This document shows, in pieces, positions 19,292-30,032 of a stretch of DNA of 64,000 nucleotides. Below the pieces are notes generated by a model that saw only the letters and a program-made list of their open reading frames with translations, was not told the origin of the DNA and ran no database searches. Location: positions 320,001-384,000 of the forward strand of contig CAVWXH010000003.1 of the NCBI GenBank assembly GCA_963758915.1. The letters run 5' to 3'. Position numbers and translations under genes: made by a program. This stretch comes from an uncultured Methanomicrobiales archaeon. GTDB taxonomy: Archaea > Halobacteriota > Methanomicrobia > Methanomicrobiales > Methanospirillaceae. The first letter of the stretch is position 1; every line of letters starts with the position of its first letter.

Positions 19292-20605
19292 ATGTCCATA
19301 ACATACGAGATTCTTCTCATTGCAATCCTGATTCTTATAAATGGCCTACTTGTGATGGCGGAATTTGCTATTGTTGCCGCGAAAAAATCACGCCTTCAGA
19401 ACAGAGCTGAACAGGGAGACAAAGAAGCGGCCGAGGCCCTGTCACTCGCAGAGAAACCCACAAATTTCCTTTCCACAATCCAGGTTGGCATCACGCTTAT
19501 CAGCATTATTATCGGGGCGTTCGGTGGCGCCACCACGGCCGAATCACTGAGCCTTGTAATACAGGGGGTCCCGGCCCTCGCCCCGTATAGTGAGGCACTG
19601 GCCCTTACCGTGGTAGTCATTGTGGTCACCTATTTCACCCTGCTATTCGGTGAAATTGTTCCAAAGTGGATTGGGATGAATGATGCGGAGAGAATCGCCG
19701 CAAGAGTGGCAAGGCCGGTACGCCTGCTCTCCCTGGCAATGTACCCGGTAGTACTATTCCTGAGTTATTCAACCGAAGCGGTATTACTGGTGTTACGCCT
19801 GAAAAAAGGCACTGAGCCACCTGTAACTGAGGAGGAAATTAAAATCCTTATTGAACAGGGAACTGAAGCAGGCGTATTCGATGAAGCAGAAGCTGATATG
19901 GTTGAAGGAGTTTTTAACCTTGCAGACCAGAAGGCAGGGAGGTTCATGGTCCTCCGTCCTGATGTCGTTGCACTTGATATCTCCGAAAGCCCGGAAAAAA
20001 TCTGGGTGAAAATGGTTGAGAGCAGGCGATCTTATTTTCCGGTCTATCGTGATGAACTTGATAACTTCCTGGGAATCGTCGCGATCAGGGACCTCTGGGT
20101 GCAGATGGTGGAGGGAAAAACAATGGATATTGAATCTGCAATCACTACACCATTATTTGTCCCGGAAAGCATTCCTTTGCTCAAACTGCTCGATTATTTC
20201 AGAAAGGAGGGGTTACACATCGCAATGGTGGTGGATGAACTGGGCAATATCCAGGGGCTTATCACCCTCCACGATATTCTCGAGGCGATCGTCGGTCATC
20301 TCCCCACCGACGATGAGCCCAGGGAGGCCGAGATCATCGTGCGTGCAGACGGGTCCTGGCTCATGGACGGGTCGGTAACGGTTGAGGATTTCCGGGAAAG
20401 TATCGGTGTCGAAATACGGCCGGACGAACAGGCAGACAGGTTTCACACCCTTGCAGGGTTTGTCATGCTCCAGCTCCAGAGGATTCCAAAAACCGGTGAC
20501 CGTTTCGAATGGAACGGGTTTTCGTTCGAAGTGGTGGATATGGACGGCATGAAGCTTGACAAGGTACTTGTCTCCCGCCTGCCGCCCGGTACTGAACCGG
20601 GCTGA
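19292..20605 (+). CDS. Hemolysin family / CNNM protein (DUF21-CBS-CorC)
   Basis: FLSTIQVGIT, GEIVPK, VTEEEI, VVDELG..GLITLHDILEAIVG, TLAGFV. Confidence 0.93.
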   Translation: MSITYEILLIAILILINGLLVMAEFAIVAAKKSRLQNRAEQGDKEAAEALSLAEKPTNFLSTIQVGITLISIIIGAFGGATTAESLSLVIQGVPALAPYSEALALTVVVIVVTYFTLLFGEIVPKWIGMNDAERIAARVARPVRLLSLAMYPVVLFLSYSTEAVLLVLRLKKGTEPPVTEEEIKILIEQGTEAGVFDEAEADMVEGVFNLADQKAGRFMVLRPDVVALDISESPEKIWVKMVESRRSYFPVYRDELDNFLGIVAIRDLWVQMVEGKTMDIESAITTPLFVPESIPLLKLLDYFRKEGLHIAMVVDELGNIQGLITLHDILEAIVGHLPTDDEPREAEIIVRADGSWLMDGSVTVEDFRESIGVEIRPDEQADRFHTLAGFVMLQLQRIPKTGDRFEWNGFSFEVVDMDGMKLDKVLVSRLPPGTEPG

Positions 20606-20996
20606 TGAGATACTGGTCCCTGGTACCATTCTCCCTTATGATTATTCAGCTACCGGTGCTAACATTCCAAGGATTCATAGCGTTTGTAACACCAGATCCT
20701 GACCAGTTCCACGATCACCAGGTCCCCGGGACCCCTGCTGTTACCATCTAGTATTTTGCCTTCAGTCCCGCGACCATCAAGGTTCCGGGGGGACAACCAT
20801 AACCTGGGTGAACCAGGACTCGGCAAGCCACACCATCATCAGCGATGCCCATGGATCTGTTGCGCAGGGTGCAGTATTCACGAGTAATTCACTGGCGAGC
20901 GGTGCATCGTATTCGTTTAAGTTCGATAATCCCGGTACATACCCGTACCACTGCAGTATTCATCCCTCGATGAAGGCGACAGTCGTAGTAACGTGA
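20605..20996 (+). pseudogene. Cupredoxin (plastocyanin/azurin-like) pseudogene
   Basis: PAVTI*YFAFSPATIKVP (TAG at 20749), frameshift in the G run near 20790, then TTITWVNQDSASHT...YHCSIHPSM with type-1 Cu ligands intact. Confidence 0.8.
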
Positions 20997-21158
20997 TTAC
21001 CGGAGAATCACCTTGGGCTTGAGCTGGCAAATGAGCACGGTTCGAGATTGCCGTGCCGAATAGTATATTGCGTTCCGGGGGTAAGGATATTTGATCGTCG
21101 TGATATCCTTTACTCATGCAGGCACCGGACTGAACATGACCGCCCGGGGTAGGATGCT

Positions 21159-23230
21159 ATGACACGGAATATCACATGGTGGCAGGTCATCGCCCTTGTC
21201 ATCATCATAGCCGGGGTGCTCCTGACAGCATGGACTGCACAGCAGCAGGACCAGCAGTTACGAAAAGATCTGCTGACAAAAGCACGAATTGCCGTAGAGA
21301 GTATTGATCCTGCAATGGTGAAGTCATTAAACGCTTCATCATCCGACCTTGAGTCCCCTGACTACCAGCAACTGAAGGCGCAGATGGTACGACTGCGTGC
21401 AACAGATCCATCCATACGGTTTGCATACCTGATGGGGCAACGACCTGAGGGAATCGTCTTCTATGTTGACTCGGAACCTGCGGCAACTGGGCTTACTCAC
21501 CTCCCGGTGAGGTATATACCGAGGTAACACCCCTGACCGTGAAGGCATTTTCCGATAAACAGGAGATGACCGAAGGTCCGGTTTCCGATCGCTGGGGAAC
21601 ATGGGTAAGTGCCATGGTTCCGGTTACTGACAAGGACTCAGGAGAGTTTGTCGCACTCTTCGGGATGGATGTCGATGCCAGGTATTGGATCTTGGCTATT
21701 GCTAAAGGAACTCTGCAACGATAATAGCAACGACTCTTCTCATCGCTGGTACTGGTTGTCGTATTCGGGCTCACCCAGCGGCGCAACCGAAGAGAACAAC
21801 GAAACCTTGCAGTATCAGAGGACAAATTTTTCCGGACCTTCCATACAAATCCTGCGCTGATGGCAGTATCCTCAATTGAAAACGACAGATTTATTGACGT
21901 GAACTCATCGTTCCTCCAGGCGCTTGGCTATTCCCGGGAGGAGGTAATCGGGAGGACTATTCCGGATCTCGGCCTGTATTCTGACCCTGCCCACTGGGAA
22001 TTCATTCAACGCCAGCTCAAAGAGATCGGAAAGGTAAACGATGTTGATGTGAAAGTAACCGGAAAGGATCATATCATACGGGACGGGTTGTTTTCCGCAA
22101 TTGCGATTGATGTTGATGGTCAACCCTGTGTGCTCACCGTGATACTCGACATAACCGAGCGAAAGAAGGCAGAAGATGCACTGAGGGAGAGCGAATCTCA
22201 TCTGAGCAGTATCATCCGTGTCGCACCGATCGGGATAGGGGTCATATCCAACCGGATCATCCGGAGAGTCAACGACCGGATTTGCCAGATGACCGGGTAC
22301 ACCGCGGAAGAACTCACCGGTAAATCCTCCTCGTTATTCTACCCGACGCAGGAGGAATTCGAGTATGTTGGCAGGGAAAAATACGCTCAAATCGCACAGA
22401 CGGGGACAGGTTCGGTCGCGACCCGGTGGCAGAAGAAAGACGGGACAATTATTGACATCATCCTCTCATCGACACCAGTCGATCCGTCTGATCTGTCTGT
22501 TGGCGTGACGTTTACAGCGCTGGACATCACCGATCGCAAGCTCGCCGAAGACACGCTGCTGAAAGTCAACCAGAAACTCAATGTGCTCTCCCGGCTGACA
22601 CAGAGGGAACTGACGAACGAGCTCTTCGTCCTGAACAGTTACCTTGAGCTGACACTACAGGAAGCCCATGGACAGGACCGGATTATTGAGAACCTAAAAA
22701 AATGTGGACAGGCAGCTATGTCAATCTCCGATATTACGGAATTTTCCAAGAATTACCAGGATTTGGGAGCAAAACCTCCGACATGGCAGAACGTGAAAAT
22801 GACGTTACTGTTCGGGCTCTCCCATGTATCAATGGGGGATGTCCAGCACCACATTGAAATGGGGAATCTCGAGATCTTTGCCGATCCTTTGCTTGAAAAG
22901 GCGTTCCAGGGACTTTTTGAGAACTCGCTGGCCCACGGGGGCCACGTCACCCGGGTCCGGGCCTGGCATACAGCAACTCCCGGAGGAGTCACGATTTTCT
23001 TTGAAGACGACGGTATAGGAATCCCTCATGAAAGGAAGGAACAGGTCTTTTTGCACCGTGAGGGGATTATCACAATGATACGGGGCCTCTTCTTTACCCG
23101 GGAAATTCTCTCCATCACCGGTCTTGATATCCGTGAAACGGGTGAACCCGGGAAGGGCGCACGGTTTGAGATTACCGTGCCGGACAGGATGTACCGGTAT
23201 TCCGGGAATGGGATTCGGAAAGGAGACTGA
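21159..23230 (+). pseudogene. Membrane sensor (Cache-like + 2 PAS + HATPase), triple frameshifted
   Basis: Contiguous protein recoverable across shifts near 21488, 21715 and 21745 (..VDSEP / AYSPPGEVY..DRWGTWVSA / ATIIATT / LVLVVVFG..NPALMAVSS); 21860-23230 intact. Confidence 0.8.
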
Positions 23231-23351
23231 AAATGGGAACAGGAAAGCCCGCACCTGTTCCAGGTATACTGCAGGAGTAGTCCTTTTACCCTGTTGGATT
23301 CCCCGTGGCAGACTCTCCCGGGGGCAACCGGAACCTTATTTTCCCTCCTTT

Positions 23352-26300
23352 TTAGTCCTGCTTCTTCACCGCCTCAGCAATTCGCCATGCACCGTCCGGC
23401 ACCACCATCTCAAACCGTGCCCCCTTTCCGGGCTCGCCTGTCTCTGTGATCGTAATGCCGGTGATGTCGAGGATTTCCCGGGAAAGGAAGAGCCCGAGCC
23501 CGGTGTTTTTCCCGAATTCGCGGTCGAAGACCTTCGCCTTCTCTCCAGCAACGACACCCACACCATCATCTTCACACACGATGATCTGGTCATCCCCGGA
23601 TTCCTCTACAGAGAACCGTATGGTCGTGATCTTTCCACCGTACCGCACCGCATTGTCCATGAGATTGTAAAAGACCTTAATAATCAGCGGGTCTGCAAAC
23701 ACTTCAATACCGCCCGTAAGTTCGTTCTTCACGTTGATCTTTCCGAGCTGGGTTTGCTTTGCCGCTGTTTCCACAAGTGTGCACAAGTCCTGCCAGGCCG
23801 GGGAACTGACACCGATCTGCTCGTATTCTTTGGTAAAATGGATCATGGCGGAGATACGCTGTGCAGCAGCTGAAGCCTTCTGGAAATACTCTTCCTGTGA
23901 GGGGGCGGGTTTACTATCTTCCAGAATGGCGAGGTACCCCCGTAGCATCGTGAGCTGGTTGTTGATATCGTGCCGGGTGACAGAGGACAGGAGGGTGAAT
24001 TTTTTATTTGCAGCTGCGAGCGAAGTTGAGAATTTCCTGAGTTCCTGCGCATGGTGCTCCATCTCCTTTTCGAGCTCTTTACGTTCGGTGATATCGCGGG
24101 CGATGCTCATCACGTATGGCTTATTACCGAGATGGATAAGAACTGCACTGACCTCCTCGGTAATCTGCCGGCCGTCCCGCGTATTATGAACCGTTTCAAA
24201 AACAATATGCCCGTTTTTAGTAAGTTCCCGAATGCGCCCCTCCACGTTACAGGCATGCACCGGGTCATCAACATCAACAACCTTCATCGTTAACAGTTCT
24301 TCACGGGAATAGCCCAGGCGTCTGCAGATAACGTCATTGACTTCAACGAAATTTCCTTCAGGATCATGGACCGCGATTGCATCGCCGGCATTTTCGAATA
24401 CCGTGCGGAATCTCACCTCGCTCTCCCGCGCTAATTCCTCCGCACGCTTGCGTTCGGTGATGTCGCGGACAATTGAGAGATCAACATCCTTTTCCTTGTA
24501 ACGGAATGTGTGGGTACTGACTTCAACGGGGTAGATACTCCCGTCTTTTCGCCTGTGGGAAGACTCAAACGTAGCATGCCCGTCTTTGAGCAGTTTTTTA
24601 ATGACCACAGGCATAATTTTTTTCTGAGTCTCCTCCGGTACGATATCCCGGGGGGACAACTCAAGGAGCTCTTCTTTTGAATATCCCAGCATCCGGACAG
24701 CTTTATCATTCACAAGGAGGTAGTTACCGGGACCATGTGGGGTTCTTTCAAGCAGGAATACCGCATCGTTCGCATGGTTAAATACCTCGCGGAACAGCAG
24801 CTCGCTCTCCTGCAGCACCCTCTCTGCCTCCCTGCTCGCGGTGACGTCTTTTAATGTGACCTGCACGGCAGGTTTACCATTGCTAACGGTCCGTATACCT
24901 CTGCCTTCAACTATCACTCTGGTCCCATCAGGGCGGACCATCGGTAATTCCATCAGTGATGTTGAGACCCCCTCAAGATCTTTTTGGATATTTGTCTTCA
25001 CAGCCTCGCGGAAATCAGCCTGGATATAATCAAGAACATTGTTACCGATAATTTCGTCGGGACTCGTTGCACCAATGAGGGTGACAGCGGCAGGGTTCAG
25101 GTATATGATCTTACCTTCCTGGTGGAGGATAACAGAATCCGGGGAGATCTCTACCAGTTTGCGGTACCGGTCTTCGCTCTCCCGCAGCGCCTTGTCTGCC
25201 AGCTTGCGCTCGGTGATGTCACGCACTAAGCTGACCACATACAGGATCCGGCCGTCTGGATCATGAATTGGCCGGACGAAGTGTTCAGTCGGAAACACGC
25301 AACCATCCTTCCGACGCATCTCGAACTCCCGTGTGTAATATCCGGGCACCTCGTAGGTGGCCTTAGCCTCCCGACCGAACTGCTCCACATGCGCCCGGTC
25401 GACATGAAGGGAAGTGGTCTCACTGCCAACCAGTTCCTCGTACGAATAGCCAAAGATTCTGGTTGCAGCGTCGTTGCACTCGATGATCAGGCGTGTCGCG
25501 GGATCAACGAGGAAGATAGCATCATCGAGCGAAGCGATTGTCGCCTCGAACCGGTCGTGTGATTCCTGCAGCGCTTCCTCTGCCCGTTTGCGTTCGGAAA
25601 TATCATGGAAGATCCCCTCAATGCCAGCGATCATACCGTTTTCATCCCGGTAATGATGGCTGGAGGATGTCACCCAGAGGGGTGAGCCATCCTTTCGTTT
25701 CAACTGCACCTCGGAGTCCTCTATGGATCCCTTTTCTTCAATAATCCGGACCAGTTCCTTTCGTTTTTCCGGTGAAATGTAGAATGTCTCTGATATTGGT
25801 TTATTGATGATTTCATCAATAGACCCATATCCAAGTTTTCGTATACAGCTCGGACTTGCCATGATCAGGTTCCCCTCCATGTCGCTCCGGTAGAACATGT
25901 CCTGTATATTTTCGATGACACTACGGTATTTCTCCTCACTTACCCGCAACGCTTCCTCCCGTCGCCGTTCCTCAGTAACATTATGGAGTGTACCGATGGT
26001 TGCAGGTCTCCCCCCAACCGATGCTGAAGAGATATGCATTATAACCCGAATCCGGGTCGTCCCGTCATGGTGGAGCACAGAAAACTCATATTCCTCAGGA
26101 AGGGCTTCTCCTGCTGATCGTTCCCGGTGCCGGGTCAGGACCAGGTCCCGGTCTTCTGGTGCAATCAGGTCAGCGATTGATCGCCCGTAAAGGTCGGCAC
26201 TGCTGTAGCCGGTCAGGGTAGCAAAAGAAGGATTGTGGAAGACCAGCAGGCCATCCTGGGCAATAAAAATTCCGTCATTGCTCTGCTCAATGACCAAGCG

Positions 26301-27146
26301 GTACTTCTGTCCGCTCTCTCCCAACGATTCCTCGTTTCGTTTCTGTTCAGTGATGTCCCGGATGGATTCAATTGCGCCGACAACATCCCCTTTGCTGTTA
26401 TAGAGAACGGATGCCCTGCCCATCAGGACCGCATATCTGCCGGAAGGCCGGGGAAGGGACGTCTCAGCGGTGATGACACTTCCCTCTTTTCTGATGTTTG
26501 AATACCTTCCCGTTGTACGTTCATCGTCGGGAATGGACACGAGATCAATAAGGATCGGGCGACGCTCCCCGTAAAAGGGGATGGAGTATTCGTAGTTACC
26601 CTTGCCAAGCATATCACGGGCAGGGACACCGGTCATCTCCTCGATTGCCCGGTTCCATGCAATCACGTTCCCCTCGTTATCTATTGCAAATGTTGCATCA
26701 GGAAGGAAATTAGTAATGTCATGGAGCCGTTTCTCAGTATCCATTGCCTGTTTTTCTGTCCTTTGCCGGCTTACCGCCGATCGGATCTTGTGCGCCAGTT
26801 CGACGTACTGCGACTCCGGGTCACCGCCTTTCTGGATATAAAAATCGGCACCCTCGTTGAGCGCCTTAATGGCCACTTCTTCACGCCCCCTGCCGGTGAA
26901 GATAATGAACGGTGTAGTATCCCCCGATGCTTTCAGCTCCATGAGGAACATGATCCCGTCCATCTCCGGCATCAGGTAGTCGGAGATGATGACGTCATAC
27001 CGCTCCGAGTTCAGCCGCGTGAGTGCCTCTCTGGCTGATGAAAGGGTATCAACTGAAAACGCCCCCAATTTCTCAAGGAACAGCTTGCTAATCTCAAGCA
27101 GGCCGGGCTCATCATCGACATAGAGGACCCGGAGTACATCTGCCAT
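23352..27146 (-). CDS. Hybrid receiver - 7 PAS - histidine kinase
   Basis: VLYVDDE, SDYLMPEMDG, YIQKGG; seven PAS units ending DITE/NVTE/DISE/DVTA; TRHDINNQL; HATPase; start moved to ATG 27146. Confidence 0.95.
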   Translation of the reverse strand: MADVLRVLYVDDEPGLLEISKLFLEKLGAFSVDTLSSAREALTRLNSERYDVIISDYLMPEMDGIMFLMELKASGDTTPFIIFTGRGREEVAIKALNEGADFYIQKGGDPESQYVELAHKIRSAVSRQRTEKQAMDTEKRLHDITNFLPDATFAIDNEGNVIAWNRAIEEMTGVPARDMLGKGNYEYSIPFYGERRPILIDLVSIPDDERTTGRYSNIRKEGSVITAETSLPRPSGRYAVLMGRASVLYNSKGDVVGAIESIRDITEQKRNEESLGESGQKYRLVIEQSNDGIFIAQDGLLVFHNPSFATLTGYSSADLYGRSIADLIAPEDRDLVLTRHRERSAGEALPEEYEFSVLHHDGTTRIRVIMHISSASVGGRPATIGTLHNVTEERRREEALRVSEEKYRSVIENIQDMFYRSDMEGNLIMASPSCIRKLGYGSIDEIINKPISETFYISPEKRKELVRIIEEKGSIEDSEVQLKRKDGSPLWVTSSSHHYRDENGMIAGIEGIFHDISERKRAEEALQESHDRFEATIASLDDAIFLVDPATRLIIECNDAATRIFGYSYEELVGSETTSLHVDRAHVEQFGREAKATYEVPGYYTREFEMRRKDGCVFPTEHFVRPIHDPDGRILYVVSLVRDITERKLADKALRESEDRYRKLVEISPDSVILHQEGKIIYLNPAAVTLIGATSPDEIIGNNVLDYIQADFREAVKTNIQKDLEGVSTSLMELPMVRPDGTRVIVEGRGIRTVSNGKPAVQVTLKDVTASREAERVLQESELLFREVFNHANDAVFLLERTPHGPGNYLLVNDKAVRMLGYSKEELLELSPRDIVPEETQKKIMPVVIKKLLKDGHATFESSHRRKDGSIYPVEVSTHTFRYKEKDVDLSIVRDITERKRAEELARESEVRFRTVFENAGDAIAVHDPEGNFVEVNDVICRRLGYSREELLTMKVVDVDDPVHACNVEGRIRELTKNGHIVFETVHNTRDGRQITEEVSAVLIHLGNKPYVMSIARDITERKELEKEMEHHAQELRKFSTSLAAANKKFTLLSSVTRHDINNQLTMLRGYLAILEDSKPAPSQEEYFQKASAAAQRISAMIHFTKEYEQIGVSSPAWQDLCTLVETAAKQTQLGKINVKNELTGGIEVFADPLIIKVFYNLMDNAVRYGGKITTIRFSVEESGDDQIIVCEDDGVGVVAGEKAKVFDREFGKNTGLGLFLSREILDITGITITETGEPGKGARFEMVVPDGAWRIAEAVKKQD

Positions 27147-27485
27147 TATATTCGATGGTCTTTCTGGTACTACAAGTCTTTCGGTATGGTAATCCCGGCC
27201 ATTAACGCTTTCCTGTTTTAAACTCCATAACTGCTCTGGTTTCGCAATAAGGGGGCCCAATCATGCAGATGTCAGGGCATCAGGATATCAGAAAAACGGA
27301 TATTTTCCTGCAAATCCCCCATAAAAATAGACCTGCACGAAATCTCACTCTGCCCTAATACGGTCATGGAAGACTGCCGCGAGCACTGCGTCAATCACCG
27401 GTCCGATGATGTTGATCGGATGCAATAACCCGGACGATCATTCTATAAGATCCCAATCGTAATAGCAACAGGCGGAAGAGATCTC

Positions 27486-28058
27486 ATGAAGGTTGTTGCA
27501 TTCAACGGGAGTGCCAGGAAAGACGGCAATACAGCCATCCTGGTCAAAGCGGTGTTTAAAGAACTGAAAAAAGAGGATATTGAGACCGAGCTGGTGCAGC
27601 TCGCGGGTAAAAAGGTGCATGGCTGCCTCGCCTGCGGAAAGTGTAAAAAGAACCGGGACCAGCAATGCGTAATCCACAACGATGTCATCAATGAGTGCAT
27701 CGGGAAGATGGTTGAAGCGGACGGGATCATCCTCGCATCGCCCACATACTTTACTGACGTTTCAACGGAGATGAAGGGCCTGATCGACCGTGCGGGATAC
27801 GTTGCCCGGGCAAACGATCACATGTTCCAGCGAAAGGTGGGTGCTGCGGTAGTTGCAGCCCGTCGGGCCGGTGCAATCCATACCTTTGATACCCTGAACC
27901 ACTTCTTCCTCATCAGCCAGATGGTCGTCCCCGGTTCATCGTACTGGAACATCGGTATGGGCATGGAACCGGGCGATGTAAAAAAGGACAGGGAAGGGCT
28001 TGCAACGATGAAGACACTGGGCCAGAATATAGCGTGGCTGATGAAAAAACTGGAGTAA
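27486..28058 (+). CDS. Iron-sulfur flavoprotein / flavodoxin family (NADPH-dependent FMN reductase fold)
   Basis: GSARKDGNT, CLACGKC...C cluster motif, ASPTYF, SSYWN. Confidence 0.9.
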   Translation: MKVVAFNGSARKDGNTAILVKAVFKELKKEDIETELVQLAGKKVHGCLACGKCKKNRDQQCVIHNDVINECIGKMVEADGIILASPTYFTDVSTEMKGLIDRAGYVARANDHMFQRKVGAAVVAARRAGAIHTFDTLNHFFLISQMVVPGSSYWNIGMGMEPGDVKKDREGLATMKTLGQNIAWLMKKLE

Positions 28059-28060
28059 CT

Positions 28061-28113
28061 GGCTCTGTTGAAACATGTATGAACTTCCCGTTCATGTTTG
28101 TTTCAACATTGCC
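28061..28113. repeat. 53-bp palindromic mini-element made of two MITE-like ends; possible terminator
   Basis: GGCTCTGTTGAAAC...GTTTCAACATTGCC with inner ATGAAC/GTTCAT; starts 2 nt after the stop of 27486-28058. Confidence 0.6.
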
Positions 28114-28318
28114 CCAGGTTTCTTAGTTCAAATAAAAGCGGAAATTCCCTTAATCCAGTGTGGTCCATACATTGCAACAGATAATACAATGCCTGACACC
28201 ACAATTATCACCAGGAGAATAATTAGCCATTTTTCCCTGTTGCTTGCATATTCGGCCATTTGGGATGATACACCTCTAACAGAATTGTCGTACGGGCTTG
28301 AATACTTTTAGACAATTG

Positions 28319-28772
28319 GCCTTTGTTGTAACCCTTCGGTGTCACAAAAAAAATAAGAGGGGTATACGAAGACAGGAGGGGGGTTTCACCCTCCCTGCCC
28401 CACCCCCATTAAGATATTCTTCGGGCAGGGTTTCCCGAAGGCTCATTAAATTCAGAGTATTGGGGGATAGTCTCTATCCTGACGAAATTTTAGAATTCCC
28501 AATCTGCAAGATAGATTTGAGAGGATTTGAGAGGATTTCCCATGAAAACAGGCATGACGCCAAAAGGCCACAAGCATACAAAATGAAATTGCCAGTGGGG
28601 ATTTTCATATTAACCGCCTATGACCGCCCCGCTGTCGGGCATAAACAATGAAATTGTCGATGGGATTTTTATTGGAAATGCCCGAACGGTCAGCAATATG
28701 AAGAGATTTTGAACGTGGAATTTTCAATCGTCCGGGTGTGAACTTCATGTTCATGCGTGTTTCTACAGAGCG
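28319..28772. mobile_element. MITE-like element, long composite copy (about 454 bp, inverted)
   Basis: Ends GCCTTTGTTGTAACCC ... GTTTCTACAGAGCG. 28350-28530 is the reverse complement of the copy 1/2 body. 28680-28771 matches 58012-58100 in reverse. Internal ~38-bp direct repeat at 28574-28611 and 28639-28673. Confidence 0.7.
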
Positions 28773-28864
28773 GAAATATAATAATAATGGCATTTGGCCG
28801 TACCTCTTCCCACATCAGGTTTTTAAACAGGTGGGTTTATCGTATTATCAATGGTCTGCACTTT

Positions 28865-29353
28865 ATGAAACGCCCATCTTTTCCTTTACTTGGTGCGGTC
28901 CTGATACTAGTCATCGTCACTACGATTAGTGCAGGGTGTATAGCAAGTACCCCGCCGGTAGTTCCACCATCATACCAGGATGCAGAATTGTTATCCTTAG
29001 GGGCAGAGTCCGGGAAGGCATTAGGCCCCGCAATATTAAAAGTTTCAGAAGATGCGTCCGGTAAGGATATTGTATCATTAGAGGCCGATTCAGCCAGGCT
29101 TAGTTCACTGGCAGGCAGGTATTATTTCCAGATGAGGGACCTTAATGTGTCACCAAAATACCAGGCATGGAAAACAAATTATCTCCTCGGATTACTCGAT
29201 GTGCAAACGGCCGGAGACTATTTTTCAAAGAGTGCTGTTGCGGCCCGGTCAGAAGATTATACAACAGCCCTGACTTATTTAGAGCAAGGGGATACGTTAT
29301 TTAAAAGAAGCAACCATTATCTTGCCATGGCAAATGAATCGATCCGGGAATAA
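28865..29353 (+). CDS. Hypothetical lipoprotein
   Basis: MKRPSFPLLGAVLILVIVTTISAGC signal; helical body. Confidence 0.75.
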   Translation: MKRPSFPLLGAVLILVIVTTISAGCIASTPPVVPPSYQDAELLSLGAESGKALGPAILKVSEDASGKDIVSLEADSARLSSLAGRYYFQMRDLNVSPKYQAWKTNYLLGLLDVQTAGDYFSKSAVAARSEDYTTALTYLEQGDTLFKRSNHYLAMANESIRE

Positions 29354-29498
29354 TCCGGTTTTTTTTGAATTTATAAGACCGGACGGAGAAGGGGGCACAT
29401 TTTTTTGTCCCGCCGGGTCTGCCATTTTTCCGGGTCCGGCCACCATAACCGGGTATGGGACCACTCCAGTTGCCTGATGCTAACGATGCGATGCAGTC

Positions 29499-29915
29499 CT
29501 AATGATTTTGAATTCCTCCTTTTTTAAGGAAATAATATCCTGAGCAGAGCGTGAAGATGGTCGCTGCTGTCGCAAACATAATCAATGGGTCCAATGAACC
29601 TGGTTCCCACAGAATTACACCCCGTGCAATAGCGATGATCGCAACGACAACCACAATCTCCACGTGGATCACTTTTTCATTGATATATGCCGATAATGTT
29701 ACCAGGAGTTCGACCCCTATCAGGACGAGAAGAAAATACCCAAACAGATCCAATAGTTCATGATTTTCAAGCAATCCCGGGGAATGGACCAAGAGAGTAG
29801 TAAATACAAGGTAAACGAGCATGCAGACTGCGAAAGTGACAATGACCGCAAAGAGAACGATGAGGATAATATACGTGATCTTAAAATACTGTTTCAGCAG
29901 GTCATTGATTTCCAT
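29499..29915 (-). CDS. PsiE-family membrane protein
   Basis: FLLVLIGVELLVTLSAY..IHVEIVVVVAIIAIARGVI; four TMs. Confidence 0.8.
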   Translation of the reverse strand: MEINDLLKQYFKITYIILIVLFAVIVTFAVCMLVYLVFTTLLVHSPGLLENHELLDLFGYFLLVLIGVELLVTLSAYINEKVIHVEIVVVVAIIAIARGVILWEPGSLDPLIMFATAATIFTLCSGYYFLKKGGIQNH

Positions 29916-29946
29916 AGTAGCATATAATTAAACCATTGATATATAG

Positions 29947-30032
29947 GCTGGTATGAAAAACTCCACGAACCACCTGAAAGACGACCTTTTTCATACTCAT
30001 CTATGAGCCAACGGCTCATAGCACGCTCTGTA
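29947..30032 (+). repeat. Two-hairpin dispersed repeat, copy A
   Basis: GTATGAAAAA/TTTTTCATAC and CTATGAGCC/GGCTCATAG stems; homologous to 45183-45272. Confidence 0.75.

Noticed and set aside
20749-20751. In-frame TAG as pyrrolysine
   Set aside because: A frameshift follows about 40 nt later, no pyl genes are seen, and CAG>TAG is simpler.
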